From the NCBI GenBank assembly GCA_030681515.1, contig JAUXSE010000018.1:7790-31789 (forward strand): 24,000 nt of DNA. Direction: 5' to 3'. This document shows, piece by piece, positions 1 through 8,635 of this stretch. The position numbers and the translations under genes are program-made. Below the pieces are notes generated by a model. That model was not told where the DNA came from. It made no database searches and was given only the letters and a program-made list of their open reading frames with translations. Numbering within the stretch: position 1 is the stretch's first letter; each line of letters opens with the position of its first letter. The DNA is from Geothrix sp. (lineage in GTDB: Bacteria; Acidobacteriota; Holophagae; Holophagales; Holophagaceae).

Positions 1-895
1 TGCCTGAGGTGATCTGGGCCTCGTTGAGATATGGCGTGAGATAGACATCCGTTGCGCCGATGAATTCCTTGAGATCTTCCAGCGATACGAAGCGGTTGTA
101 GAAGATCACGTGCTCCTTGACGCCGCGAGCCTCGGCCAGCCGCTCCAGGCCCAGGCGGTAGTTTTCACCATCCCGGGCGACGAGATGGGGATGGGTGGCA
201 CCAAGGATGAGATAGACCACGTTCGGATGCCGCTTCACGATCTCTGGCAGCGCTTCGATGGCGTATTCGATTCCCTTGCCTGGCCCAAGCAGCCCGAAGG
301 TGAGCAGTACCATCCGCCCTTCCACGCCGAACTGCACCTTGTAGAAATTTGAGTCAATGAAGGGAAGATCAGGTATGCCGTGCGGGATGAGGTCCACCTT
401 GGCGTCCGGAACCCCATAGGTTTCGCGCAAGATCTCCGCGCCTTTTTGGGCCATCACCACCAGGCGGTCACTGCGCCGGACCAGTTCCTCCATCACCATC
501 CGCTGTGCGGCATTCGGATCGCGCAGCACCGTGTGCAGCGTCGTCACGACGGGCATCCGGACTTCCTTGAGCAAGGCCAGCAGGTGGCTTCCGGCTGGCC
601 CGCCGTAGATGCCGAACTCATGCTGGACGCATAGTACGTCCGCATTGTTGAAGTTCAGGAAATCCGCCGCCCGTCGGTAGGAATCCAGATCCTTCTGGTC
701 CAGTTCAAAGCGCACACGGGGCGGATAGTCATAGGCTTCAGCACGATCATTCATCGCGCCCGTGTAACATTCGGACGCAGGAGATGCCTCGGCCACCGCT
801 TCACAAAGATCATGGGTGAACGTGGCGATCCCGCACAGCCGTGGCAGGTATCCGCCCAGGAAGGCGATGCGGTCCGGCAGAGTGGCGTTCGTCAA
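1..895 (-). CDS. Group-1 (GT4-like, GT-B fold) glycosyltransferase; 3' end lies outside the window
   Basis: Absent from the ORF track because there is no stop inside the window. My minus-strand translation from TTG 895 (GAGGGGG 5 nt upstream) reads TNATLPDRIAFLGGYLPRLCGIATFTHDL...VLCVQHEFGIYGG...MVLLTFGLLGPGKGIEYAIEALPEIV...VIFYNRFVSLEDLKEFIGATDVYLTPYLNEAQITSG. The frame is open to position 2. The start is uncertain because this frame has no upstream stop until about 1607. Confidence 0.75.
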   Translation of the reverse strand, partial: MTNATLPDRIAFLGGYLPRLCGIATFTHDLCEAVAEASPASECYTGAMNDRAEAYDYPPRVRFELDQKDLDSYRRAADFLNFNNADVLCVQHEFGIYGGPAGSHLLALLKEVRMPVVTTLHTVLRDPNAAQRMVMEELVRRSDRLVVMAQKGAEILRETYGVPDAKVDLIPHGIPDLPFIDSNFYKVQFGVEGRMVLLTFGLLGPGKGIEYAIEALPEIVKRHPNVVYLILGATHPHLVARDGENYRLGLERLAEARGVKEHVIFYNRFVSLEDLKEFIGATDVYLTPYLNEAQITSG

Positions 896-1091
896 AAGAG
901 CCCCCTCATTCGCTGCAACACGTCGCAGCGCGCCCGGTTGTACAGGACAGAGATTAACACCCCGCGACCCGCGGGCCGGGTTGGCCTGGGGGATGGCCCG
1001 CGGAGATCGCTGGACGCATGGTCCGCCTCGAATGCCGGAACCCCTCAACGCCTGAGCTGATGTCTCGGTATAACGCCGCTGCCTGCGCCGT

Positions 1092-2171
1092 TCAGCGGAT
1101 CGGAGCGTAGGCCAGGCCGCCGCTGGGGGCGAGGAAGACGGCTTCGGTGTCGAGGAGGCCGACCAGGTGGTGGCCTTCGGAGAGGGGGGTCGGGAGCCAG
1201 TCCAGGGTGCCCTTGGCGAGGTCGAAGCGGGCGAGGAGGAGACCCTTGGACTCCGGCGCGCCGCAGGACTTGACCTGGCTTGGCGTGAAGACGCTGAAGA
1301 TCACATCCTTGCCGGCCCAGGCGAGCAGGGGGCCCCGGCCCACGCGCCCCAGCACGGCCCGGGCGGGGATGGCGTCCTGACACGTGAAGAACGTCTGGCC
1401 GGGTTCCTTCGGCCCCTTGGCGGGATCGAGGATGGTGAAGGCCAGGCTGGCGCCTTCCGCGATGTAGACGGTGCCATCCACGCCCAGGGCCATGCGGTTC
1501 AGGGGGACCAGCAGGGGCTGGGCCGCGGCCTCCTTCACCTGATGCCTGTCCCCGAAGGACCAGAGTACGGCGCCGGTCCTGAGATCCCGCTTCTCCAGGT
1601 AGGGCCTCAGGGTGCGGTAGAGGATGACGATTCCTTCCCGGCCCACGGCCATGTCCTCGACCTGCGCGGGGAGTGCCGCGGCGCTATCGAGCACGCCGTC
1701 CTTGCCGAGTACGAGCAGGCGCCCGTCGCAGACCATCCAGGTCCGGCTGTAGGAATCCACCACCCAGCGTTCGGGAACGGCATCGCAGGCGGCGGGTGCC
1801 TCGGGAGAAGGTGGAGGCGCGGATTTGGTCGGGGCGGGCTGGACGCGCTGATGGCGCGGGAGGCCGTACAGCAGGGCGCCTGCCGCGTCATAGTCGGTGG
1901 TGACCCGGATCGCGGTGGTGGCGGGGGGCTTGGAGGCCGGGGGGGTCTTCCGCACTTCGGGGAGGGATACCTGCAGCGTGGAAAGCAGGCCGCTCCCCTT
2001 CATCCAGGTGCGGAGGGAGCGGGCGGGCGGATCGAAGAAGATCAAGGATCCATCCACTTCCTGGAAGGCCCAGCCCGTGGCCTGCCTGCTGGCGTCCCAG
2101 CCCTGGGCGCGAAGCGGGGGAGCGAGGGCCAAGCCGAGCATCATGAGGGCGATCGAAACTCGAGGGCTCAT
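1092..2171 (-). CDS. Secreted hypothetical protein, possibly with beta-propeller-like repeats; function unknown
   Basis: 359-aa ORF with an N-terminal signal peptide (MSPRVSIALMMLGLALAPPLRAQG) and AGGTGA upstream of the ATG. Its composition looks protein-like, whereas the overlapping + strand ORF 1167..2234 is G/A/E/R-rich shadow. I recognise no catalytic motif. Confidence 0.6.
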   Translation of the reverse strand: MSPRVSIALMMLGLALAPPLRAQGWDASRQATGWAFQEVDGSLIFFDPPARSLRTWMKGSGLLSTLQVSLPEVRKTPPASKPPATTAIRVTTDYDAAGALLYGLPRHQRVQPAPTKSAPPPSPEAPAACDAVPERWVVDSYSRTWMVCDGRLLVLGKDGVLDSAAALPAQVEDMAVGREGIVILYRTLRPYLEKRDLRTGAVLWSFGDRHQVKEAAAQPLLVPLNRMALGVDGTVYIAEGASLAFTILDPAKGPKEPGQTFFTCQDAIPARAVLGRVGRGPLLAWAGKDVIFSVFTPSQVKSCGAPESKGLLLARFDLAKGTLDWLPTPLSEGHHLVGLLDTEAVFLAPSGGLAYAPIR

Positions 2172-2341
2172 ATATCACCTGCCTATATTTTATTGTGGAC
2201 AGGATCCCCTCCGATTCAAGCCCCTGGGTTGTGACGTGAAGCACTTTCTAGGAAAATATCTATATAAACATATAATAGAATTTCATTTTATTTCGCACCT
2301 TCCCGGTCCCTTGCGAGAATGGATGTTCCCGAGAGGTATCC
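2172..2341. promoter_or_regulatory. AT-rich divergent intergenic/promoter region
   Basis: 170 bp between divergent start codons, visibly AT-rich in a high-GC context (tatattttattg..., aaaatatctatataaacatataatagaatttcattttatttc). There is a perfect TATAAT at 2271-2276 on the + strand, about 65 nt upstream of the 2342 ATG, but no convincing -35. Confidence 0.35.
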
Positions 2342-2773
2342 ATGTCCCGCGCGCAGCTCAAGGACGAGGTCTTCATGAACATGGCGCTGGAGCTGAGCCG
2401 GCTCGGCACCTGCTGCCGCCTCCAGGTGGGCGCGGTGTTGCTGCGCGCGGACGGCGGCATCGCGGCGGCGGGCTTCAACGGGGCCCTGCCGGGCATGGCG
2501 CACTGCACGCCCGATACCTGCCGGCCGGGCCAGCGCTGCCTGCACACCAGCCATGCGGAAGAGAACGCCCTGGGCTTCTGCGACGGATCCGTGGCCACGG
2601 CCTACGTCACCCACGAGCCCTGCCTCACCTGCTGCCGCGCCCTGGTCCGGCGCGGCGTGCGCCGGGTGGTGTTCCGGCATCCCTACACCAGCATCGCGGA
2701 GCAGGAGCGCGCGGAGCGCCAGGCCATCCTCGATCACTTCAGCGTGCGCTGGGAGCGGCTGGGCGAGGCTTGA
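2342..2773 (+). CDS. Deoxycytidylate (dCMP)/cytidine deaminase family protein (ComEB-like)
   Basis: 143 aa with zinc-binding motifs HAEENA and PCLTCC. The N-terminus (KDEVFMNMALELSRLGTC..VGAVLL...GFNG) is typical of dCMP deaminases. GAGAGG lies upstream of the ATG. Confidence 0.85.
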   Translation: MSRAQLKDEVFMNMALELSRLGTCCRLQVGAVLLRADGGIAAAGFNGALPGMAHCTPDTCRPGQRCLHTSHAEENALGFCDGSVATAYVTHEPCLTCCRALVRRGVRRVVFRHPYTSIAEQERAERQAILDHFSVRWERLGEA

Positions 2774-2828
2774 TCTCCGGGCGGAGCGGCGCATACTGCA
2801 CAGCGCCCCGCTTCCAGGAGACAGCCCG

Positions 2829-5489
2829 GTGATTGGAACCCCCATCCGCCTGCGGGTGAACGGCCGCGATATCGCTGCCCCGGTGGGCACCACCCTGCTC
2901 GCGCTCTGCCAGTCGGAGGGCATCGGGATTCCCACCCTCTGCTCGGACCCGCGGCTGAAGCCCGCATCCTCCTGCCGCCTCTGCGAGGTGGAGGTTCTTG
3001 GCGAGGCCCGGCCCCTCTGCGCCTGCGCCACGGAGGTGCGGGAGGGCATGGAGGTGGAGACGCATACGCCCGCGCTGGAAGACTTCCGCCGCGCCATGCT
3101 GGAGCGGTACGCCGCCCATGTTCCGGCGGAGGATCCAGCCCGTCTGGAGGGCAAGCCCTTCCGCGCCCTGCTGGACGCCTATGGCGTGGCGCCCACGGGC
3201 GCGCGGCGCGCGGAGCTGCAGCATCCGGGCCATCCCTACCTCGACGTGGATCTCTCCTGGTGCGTGGCCTGCGGGCGCTGCGTCCGCATCTGCGAGGAAG
3301 TGCAGGGCCAGGACATCTGGACCTTCGCGGGCCGCGGCGCCGAGGTGCGGCCTGCTCCCGGGCTTTCCGCGGGACTGGCGGAGAGCGATTGCGTGAGCTG
3401 CGGGGCCTGCGCCGACACCTGCCCCACGGGCGCCATCGAGGATGTGTCCCGGCTCGTCCATGGACTGCCGGAACGCTGGGTGAAGACCATCTGTCCCTAC
3501 TGCGGCACGGGATGTGAAATGGATGTGGGGGTGAAGGATGGGCGGATCACGGAGGTCCGGCCCGTCCTCGACGCTCCCGTGAACCTGGGCCACCTCTGCG
3601 TGAAGGGCCGCTACGGCTTCGGCTTCAATGACGCGCCCGACCGCGTCACCGTCCCCATGCTCCGGCGCGGGGGGGCCTGGGTGGCGGTGTCCTGGGACGA
3701 GGCGCTGGATGCGGCCGCCGCGGCGCTGCGCCGGGCCGGAGGGAAGGCCGGTGTGCTGGCCTCCAGCCGGGCGACGAACGAGGACAACTACCTGGCGCAG
3801 AAGTTCGCGCGGCTGGTCCTGCGCACGAACAACGTGGACTGCTGCGCCCGCGTCTGCCACGCCCCCAGCGCCGCGGGTCTGGGGCAGGCCTTCGGCACCG
3901 GCGCGGCCACGAACAGCTTCGCCGATGTGGAACGGGCGGGGCTGATCCTGGTGGTGGGGGCCAATCCCACCGAGAATCATCCCATCGTGGGCGCGCGGAT
4001 CCGCCAGCGGGCCCGCGCGGGGGTGCCGCTGATCGTGGTGGATCCGCGGCGCACCGAACTGGCCGCCATCGCAGAAGTCCATCTCGCGCCGCAACCCGGG
4101 ACGAACCTGCCGCTGCTGCTGGCCATGGCCCGGGTGATCCTCGACGAGGGGCTCGCGGACGCGGCTTTCCTCCAGGCGCGCACCGAAGGTCTGGAGGCTT
4201 TCGCCGCCTCGGTCCAGGCCTGGACGCCCGAGCGCGCCGCCGAGGTGTGCGGCGTACCGGCGGGGGCCATCCGGCGCGCGGCGCGGCGCTACGCCACCGT
4301 CAAGCCCGCCATGTGCTTCCACGGCCTGGGCGTCACCGAGCATGTCCAGGGCACCGACGGGGTGACGGCCCTGGCCCATCTCGCCCTGCTCACGGGGAAT
4401 GTGGGCCTTCCCGGCGCCGGCGTGAACCCCCTCCGCGGCCAGAACAACGTGCAGGGCAGCGCCCAGATGGGGTGTGAGCCCTCGAGGCTTACCGGCTACC
4501 AGAAGCTCGCCACCGCCCGGGAAACCCATCAGGCGGTCTGGGGCGCGGAACTCCCCGTGGAACCGGGCCTCACTGCCCTGGACATGGTGGACGCGGCGGG
4601 AGAGGGGCGCATGAAGGCGCTGCTGGTCATCGGCTACGACCCGCTGCTGAGTCATCCCAACGCTCAGGAGACGGCGGAAAACCTGAACGGCCTGGACGAC
4701 CTCATCGTGGTGGACCTTTTCCTCACGGAGACCGCCAAGGCCTTCGGGACCATCTTCCTGCCGGCGGCGAGCGCCTTCGAGAAGGAGGGCACCTTCATGA
4801 ACGGCGAGCGCCGCGTGCAGCGGATCCGCGAAGTGGTGCCGCCGCGGGGTTCCAGCCGCACGGACCTGGCGATCCTGTGCGGCCTCGCGGAGCGCCTCGG
4901 GGCCGGGGCCCAGTTCCGGTTCCCCGACGCGGCCGCGGTATGGGACGAGGCCCGCCGCACCTGGCCCGCCATCGCGGGCATCAGCCATGCGCGGCTGGAC
5001 CGGGAAGGCGGGATCCAGTGGCCCTGTCCCACGGAGGACCACCCGGGGACCGCCGTGCTCCATGGGGAGACCTTTTCCGGCGCGAGGCGCGCGGCCTTCC
5101 GCCCCCTGGCCTGGACCCCCAGCGAGGAGGTCGCCACGGAGGCGCACCCCTTCCTGCTGAACACGGGCCGCAGCCTCTTCCACTTCAACGCGGCGACCAT
5201 GACCCGCCGCACCCGCAACGGGGATCTGCGCCCGGACGACCGGTTGGAGCTGCATCCCGAGGATGCCGCGGACCTCGGCGTGGGGGAGGGCGATGCCGTC
5301 CGGGTGCGAAGCCGCCATGGCGCCTTCACCCTCCGGGCCCACCTGACCACGGATGTCCGGTCCGGCGAGCCCTTCGCCACCTTCCACGCCGTGGAGGCCT
5401 ATGTGAACCGGGCCACGGGGCGGGGGCGGGACGCCACCACGGGAACGCCCGAGTACAAAGTCACGGCTGTCTCTCTGCACAAGGCGTGA
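2829..5489 (+). CDS. Formate dehydrogenase alpha-subunit-like molybdopterin oxidoreductase with an N-terminal 2Fe-2S domain and 4Fe-4S clusters
   Basis: I place the start at in-frame GTG 2829 with AGGAG at 2816-2820; the track start at 2553 overlaps the deaminase gene. 2Fe-2S region: LCSDPRLKPASSCRLCEVEV...CAC. Ferredoxin motifs: CVACGRCVRICEEVQG and CVSCGACADTCPTGAI. MopB 4Fe-4S: CPYCGTGCEMDV. Mo-ligand context ARVCHAPSAAGL has Cys (TGC 3855-3857) followed by His. Confidence 0.85.
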   Translation: MIGTPIRLRVNGRDIAAPVGTTLLALCQSEGIGIPTLCSDPRLKPASSCRLCEVEVLGEARPLCACATEVREGMEVETHTPALEDFRRAMLERYAAHVPAEDPARLEGKPFRALLDAYGVAPTGARRAELQHPGHPYLDVDLSWCVACGRCVRICEEVQGQDIWTFAGRGAEVRPAPGLSAGLAESDCVSCGACADTCPTGAIEDVSRLVHGLPERWVKTICPYCGTGCEMDVGVKDGRITEVRPVLDAPVNLGHLCVKGRYGFGFNDAPDRVTVPMLRRGGAWVAVSWDEALDAAAAALRRAGGKAGVLASSRATNEDNYLAQKFARLVLRTNNVDCCARVCHAPSAAGLGQAFGTGAATNSFADVERAGLILVVGANPTENHPIVGARIRQRARAGVPLIVVDPRRTELAAIAEVHLAPQPGTNLPLLLAMARVILDEGLADAAFLQARTEGLEAFAASVQAWTPERAAEVCGVPAGAIRRAARRYATVKPAMCFHGLGVTEHVQGTDGVTALAHLALLTGNVGLPGAGVNPLRGQNNVQGSAQMGCEPSRLTGYQKLATARETHQAVWGAELPVEPGLTALDMVDAAGEGRMKALLVIGYDPLLSHPNAQETAENLNGLDDLIVVDLFLTETAKAFGTIFLPAASAFEKEGTFMNGERRVQRIREVVPPRGSSRTDLAILCGLAERLGAGAQFRFPDAAAVWDEARRTWPAIAGISHARLDREGGIQWPCPTEDHPGTAVLHGETFSGARRAAFRPLAWTPSEEVATEAHPFLLNTGRSLFHFNAATMTRRTRNGDLRPDDRLELHPEDAADLGVGEGDAVRVRSRHGAFTLRAHLTTDVRSGEPFATFHAVEAYVNRATGRGRDATTGTPEYKVTAVSLHKA

Positions 5490-5498
5490 GGCTGGATC

Positions 5499-6449
5499 CT
5501 AGATGCCACCGTGCTCCCAGGTCGGCACGGGGTCGGGATCCATGGCCACCTCGGCGCCGTCGTCGAGGATGAGCACGGGCGGGTTGCCGGGGCGGATATC
5601 CACGATGGTGCGGCCCAGCAGCCGCTCGCGGCGGCCGTGGTGCCAGGAGATGCCCACGGGATAGGTGCGGCGATAGGCGTCCAGGGGGCCCTCCATCCGC
5701 CGGCAGATCTGGACCAGGGCCGACTGGAGGGTGGAATCGAAGCCCTTGGGGGGCTCGGGATCCAGGCCCGCGGCCAGGAGGAAGGCTTCGGCGGGGGGGC
5801 CGCCGCCCAGGCCCTCGGTGGCCCACCGGCGGGACCCGGGGCCCGCGGGGGACTGGCCTTCGAGCACCACCGGGCGGTCCCGGTGGATGCCGAGCCAAAG
5901 GGAGACCCGGCCGCAGGGTCCGGTGCCTTCGAAGTCGAGGGGCAGTTGGGCATCGTCGTGGAAGACCACGGCCCGGAGGGGCAGCCACTCGAAGGTCTCG
6001 GCCACCTTCGCCCCCACGGGGCTCAGATGGTCCCGGCGGAGTCCGGCCACGGCCTCGGCGAAGGCCTGGCGGAGCCCCGCCAGGCTGAGCACGCCGTCCG
6101 GGAGTCCCTGGGCGTCCAGGGCCATCGGCGGTTCATGCCAATCCGCGGCCAGGGCGGGGACCACCTGATGGAACAGGATGAGGGCGGGATCCCAGTCCCA
6201 GTGGCGGGCGGGTTCGTAGCCGAGTTCCCGGCACAGGTCGAACCAGGCCCGGCCCGGGGCCGCCGCCCCGGGAAGAAAGGTGGACTGGCCATCGAGGAAC
6301 AGTTCGCAGCCCGGCCCATGGAGGGTATCCCGGCGGCTGAGGCCCAGCTCATGGCGGCCCAGGGTGGCCAGGGTGGTCTCGTGGTACGGATGATCCTCCT
6401 GCCGCAGCACCTTCAGCGGCGCGCCGAGGATCCATGCATCCACAGCCAT
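5499..6449 (-). CDS. Hypothetical protein (316 aa), no recognisable domain
   Basis: ATG 6449 with GGGGAGG 7 nt upstream. Its composition is natural (W/D/E/L/H-rich), unlike the shadow ORF 5511..6563 on the + strand. It is convergent with the fdhA-like gene. Confidence 0.55.
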   Translation of the reverse strand: MAVDAWILGAPLKVLRQEDHPYHETTLATLGRHELGLSRRDTLHGPGCELFLDGQSTFLPGAAAPGRAWFDLCRELGYEPARHWDWDPALILFHQVVPALAADWHEPPMALDAQGLPDGVLSLAGLRQAFAEAVAGLRRDHLSPVGAKVAETFEWLPLRAVVFHDDAQLPLDFEGTGPCGRVSLWLGIHRDRPVVLEGQSPAGPGSRRWATEGLGGGPPAEAFLLAAGLDPEPPKGFDSTLQSALVQICRRMEGPLDAYRRTYPVGISWHHGRRERLLGRTIVDIRPGNPPVLILDDGAEVAMDPDPVPTWEHGGI

Positions 6450-6529
6450 GCCCAGCCTCCCCGTGGAAGGGAAGCCTGGGGCGTGCGGGATCCTTCGTCA
6501 ATCCCCGAATGGAGAAACCTGGTTAAAAA

Positions 6530-8635
6530 TCAATCCACCCGCTGGAGGTTCATGCCCGGGTAGTAGTGCTGGAGGATCTGCTGGAAGGTGGCGCCTTCCA
6601 GGGCCATGCCGTAGGCGCCGGTCTGGCACATGCCCAGGCCATGCCCCCAGCCGCGGCCGTAGAAGATCCACCGTCGCTTCGGACCCTGGCCCACGGTGAG
6701 CCACCGGAACACATTGTCCTTGAGGCCCAGCAGACCGCGGATGTGCATGCCGCGCACCCGGTGGGGGGCACCCTGGGCATCCACGAGAGTGAGGTCGAGC
6801 ACGCGGCCCTGGTCGTTGTACTGAGCCCTCAGATCCCGGATGCCCGCCACCCTGATGCGCCTGCGCACCATGGCCAGCAGATCCGCTTCGGTGTATTCCA
6901 CCCGCCAGTGGGCCGTGGGGTTGTAGCGGTCCCAGGCCGCGCCATCGGGATCCAGCCGGCGCACCAGCACCTGGGCTGGACCCTCCTCGCCGGGGATCCA
7001 CTTCAGCCGGTCGCCCACCTGGATATCCGCCCTGGGGACGAGGCGCAGGCTTCCATCCGGGCCCTCCTCCGCCAGCAACAGGGTGGACGCCAGGGGAAGG
7101 GGCTCAGGGCCGCCCCGCTTGCGGCGCACCTGGCGGTCCATGAGCAACGAACCTTCGCCCGGCGTGAAGGGCTCGAGCTCCTGCCAGAGCCGGCCGAGGG
7201 TCTGGAGGGCCTGGCGCAGGGTGCCGGGTCCGGTGGCGGCCCAGGCGGAGGCGGGGACCACGCCGCGCCGGGTGAGGAAGGCCGCCAGCAGGCGATCTTC
7301 GGGCAGGGAATCCGGCAGGAAGTAGGCCGCGTCCTGGGGCCGCTCCTGGCCTTCCACGATCCGCTGGAATCCGAAGGCCCGGGCCAGGGCGAGGGTGAGG
7401 TTCCCATCCCGCCCCAGGGGCTGGGGTTCCAGGGCCAGGCGCTGCTGGAGGGCCCGCACCGGCTGGGCCAGATCGTCCGGGGTCGCGGGCTTCGCCAGCC
7501 GGTCGCCGGAGAGCCACTGGGGGGGGATGGCGGCGGAGGCCAGGCGCAAGAGCTCCCAGCTCAGCCAGGGCTGGTAGGGCTCAGCGGTGACGGCCACCCC
7601 CGCGGCGAAGGGCAGGGTCATGGGCTTCGCGGGATAGCAGGACACGGCGCGGAGGTAGGGGGCATCGCCGCCGAAGACATGGGCCACATCCGTGGTGTGG
7701 CCGCCGCAGTTGGCCATGAACAGGGCCAGGATGGGCTTGCCGCCGTAGGTGGCGAAGAGGCCCTCGGTCTCCTGGATGGCGCGGTCCGTGAGGGACTGCT
7801 CGCCATCGTGGCCGCCGTAGACCTGGTCGGCCACGGTGTCCCCCATGTCGAAGCCGTCCGCCGCGCGCTTGCCGCGGTTGGCCACGGCATAGGTGCGCGC
7901 CGCCACCGCCTGGGCCTTCAGGGCCTCCAGCGAGGGGAATTCCCAGGCGCCCATTTCCTTGGGCACCACGCCGCGCAGGTAGGTCTCCAGGTCCAGCGTA
8001 TTCACCACGGTCAGCCGTCCCTGGGCATTGGGGAAGATCTCGATCTTTCCACGGTAGCGGCCCTTGCCCTGGAGGGAGGTCAAGTCGCCCGCGGGCTTCA
8101 GCCAGACGCCCGCCAGCGGAAGGGCGCGGCGCTCGTAGCGGTCGGTGATGCCGTAGAGGGCGCGACCCTTCCGGGCCTGGCTGGGCCGGGCCTCCGAGGC
8201 CACCCACAACTCGTCGAAGCCCAGGTCCTGGAGTTTCTGGAATACGGGTTCGGCTTCGCGGGCCTCGGGAAAGTGGCCCGTAAGCACGCGCCAGGTATCC
8301 GCATCCGGCACCTTCACCCGGTCCGGCGATTCTCCCAGTTCTTTCAGCCGCTTCATGAGGGTCGCGGCCTCGGCGGCGGTATGGGGGCGTCCCACCTGGA
8401 TGCGGTACTCGGTGGTGGGATCGGACAGGCCGCGGCTATCCCACCAGATGCGCAGTTTCCCGTCCGGGGCCAGGTGCATCAGGGGCTTCCCGGCGCGATC
8501 GCAGACCTGGCCGCCGCCTTCCAGGGACAGGATCCATTCCGTCGCCTGGGTATCGAGGCCGATCCTCAGCGGGGGCTGGGCGGCGATGACGGATGTGAAT
8601 GACAGGATCAGGGCGGGGACGAGGGGCGGCTTCAT
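6530..8635 (-). CDS. SpoIID/LytB-domain protein with a signal peptide and a SPOR-like segment (peptidoglycan remodelling)
   Basis: I place the start at the internal ATG 8635 (MKPPLVPALILSFTSVIAAQP signal peptide) rather than the track start at 8806. SpoIID hallmarks: ALKAQAVAARTYAV, DQVYGG, and C-terminal GRGWGHGLGMCQTGAYGMALEG. The start overlaps the upstream stop as ATGA. Confidence 0.85.
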   Translation of the reverse strand: MKPPLVPALILSFTSVIAAQPPLRIGLDTQATEWILSLEGGGQVCDRAGKPLMHLAPDGKLRIWWDSRGLSDPTTEYRIQVGRPHTAAEAATLMKRLKELGESPDRVKVPDADTWRVLTGHFPEAREAEPVFQKLQDLGFDELWVASEARPSQARKGRALYGITDRYERRALPLAGVWLKPAGDLTSLQGKGRYRGKIEIFPNAQGRLTVVNTLDLETYLRGVVPKEMGAWEFPSLEALKAQAVAARTYAVANRGKRAADGFDMGDTVADQVYGGHDGEQSLTDRAIQETEGLFATYGGKPILALFMANCGGHTTDVAHVFGGDAPYLRAVSCYPAKPMTLPFAAGVAVTAEPYQPWLSWELLRLASAAIPPQWLSGDRLAKPATPDDLAQPVRALQQRLALEPQPLGRDGNLTLALARAFGFQRIVEGQERPQDAAYFLPDSLPEDRLLAAFLTRRGVVPASAWAATGPGTLRQALQTLGRLWQELEPFTPGEGSLLMDRQVRRKRGGPEPLPLASTLLLAEEGPDGSLRLVPRADIQVGDRLKWIPGEEGPAQVLVRRLDPDGAAWDRYNPTAHWRVEYTEADLLAMVRRRIRVAGIRDLRAQYNDQGRVLDLTLVDAQGAPHRVRGMHIRGLLGLKDNVFRWLTVGQGPKRRWIFYGRGWGHGLGMCQTGAYGMALEGATFQQILQHYYPGMNLQRVD

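Noticed and set aside
2553-2828. N-terminal 92-codon extension of the fdhA-like ORF (track start ATG 2553)
   Set aside because: It overlaps the dCMP deaminase CDS in another frame and translates to P/A/S/R-rich junk. GTG 2829 has AGGAG 8 nt upstream and begins exactly at the 2Fe-2S domain.
3855-3857. Possible selenocysteine decoding in the formate dehydrogenase-like gene, and SECIS-like reading of the TGA at 9640-9642
   Set aside because: The active-site codon is TGC (Cys), not TGA. I found no convincing stem-loop immediately 3' of the 9640-9642 TGA, and there is no sign of Sec usage in the window.
2739-5480. 913-aa minus-strand ORF covering the whole fdhA-like gene
   Set aside because: An antisense shadow ORF typical of high-GC DNA. 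The translation is G/A/R/H/P-rich with no motifs, while the + strand carries unmistakable Fe-S and molybdopterin motifs.
6566-8602. 678-aa plus-strand ORF opposite SpoIID
   Set aside because: The same shadow-ORF pattern (GGG/EG/HG-rich junk). The minus strand has the SpoIID signature motifs and a signal peptide.
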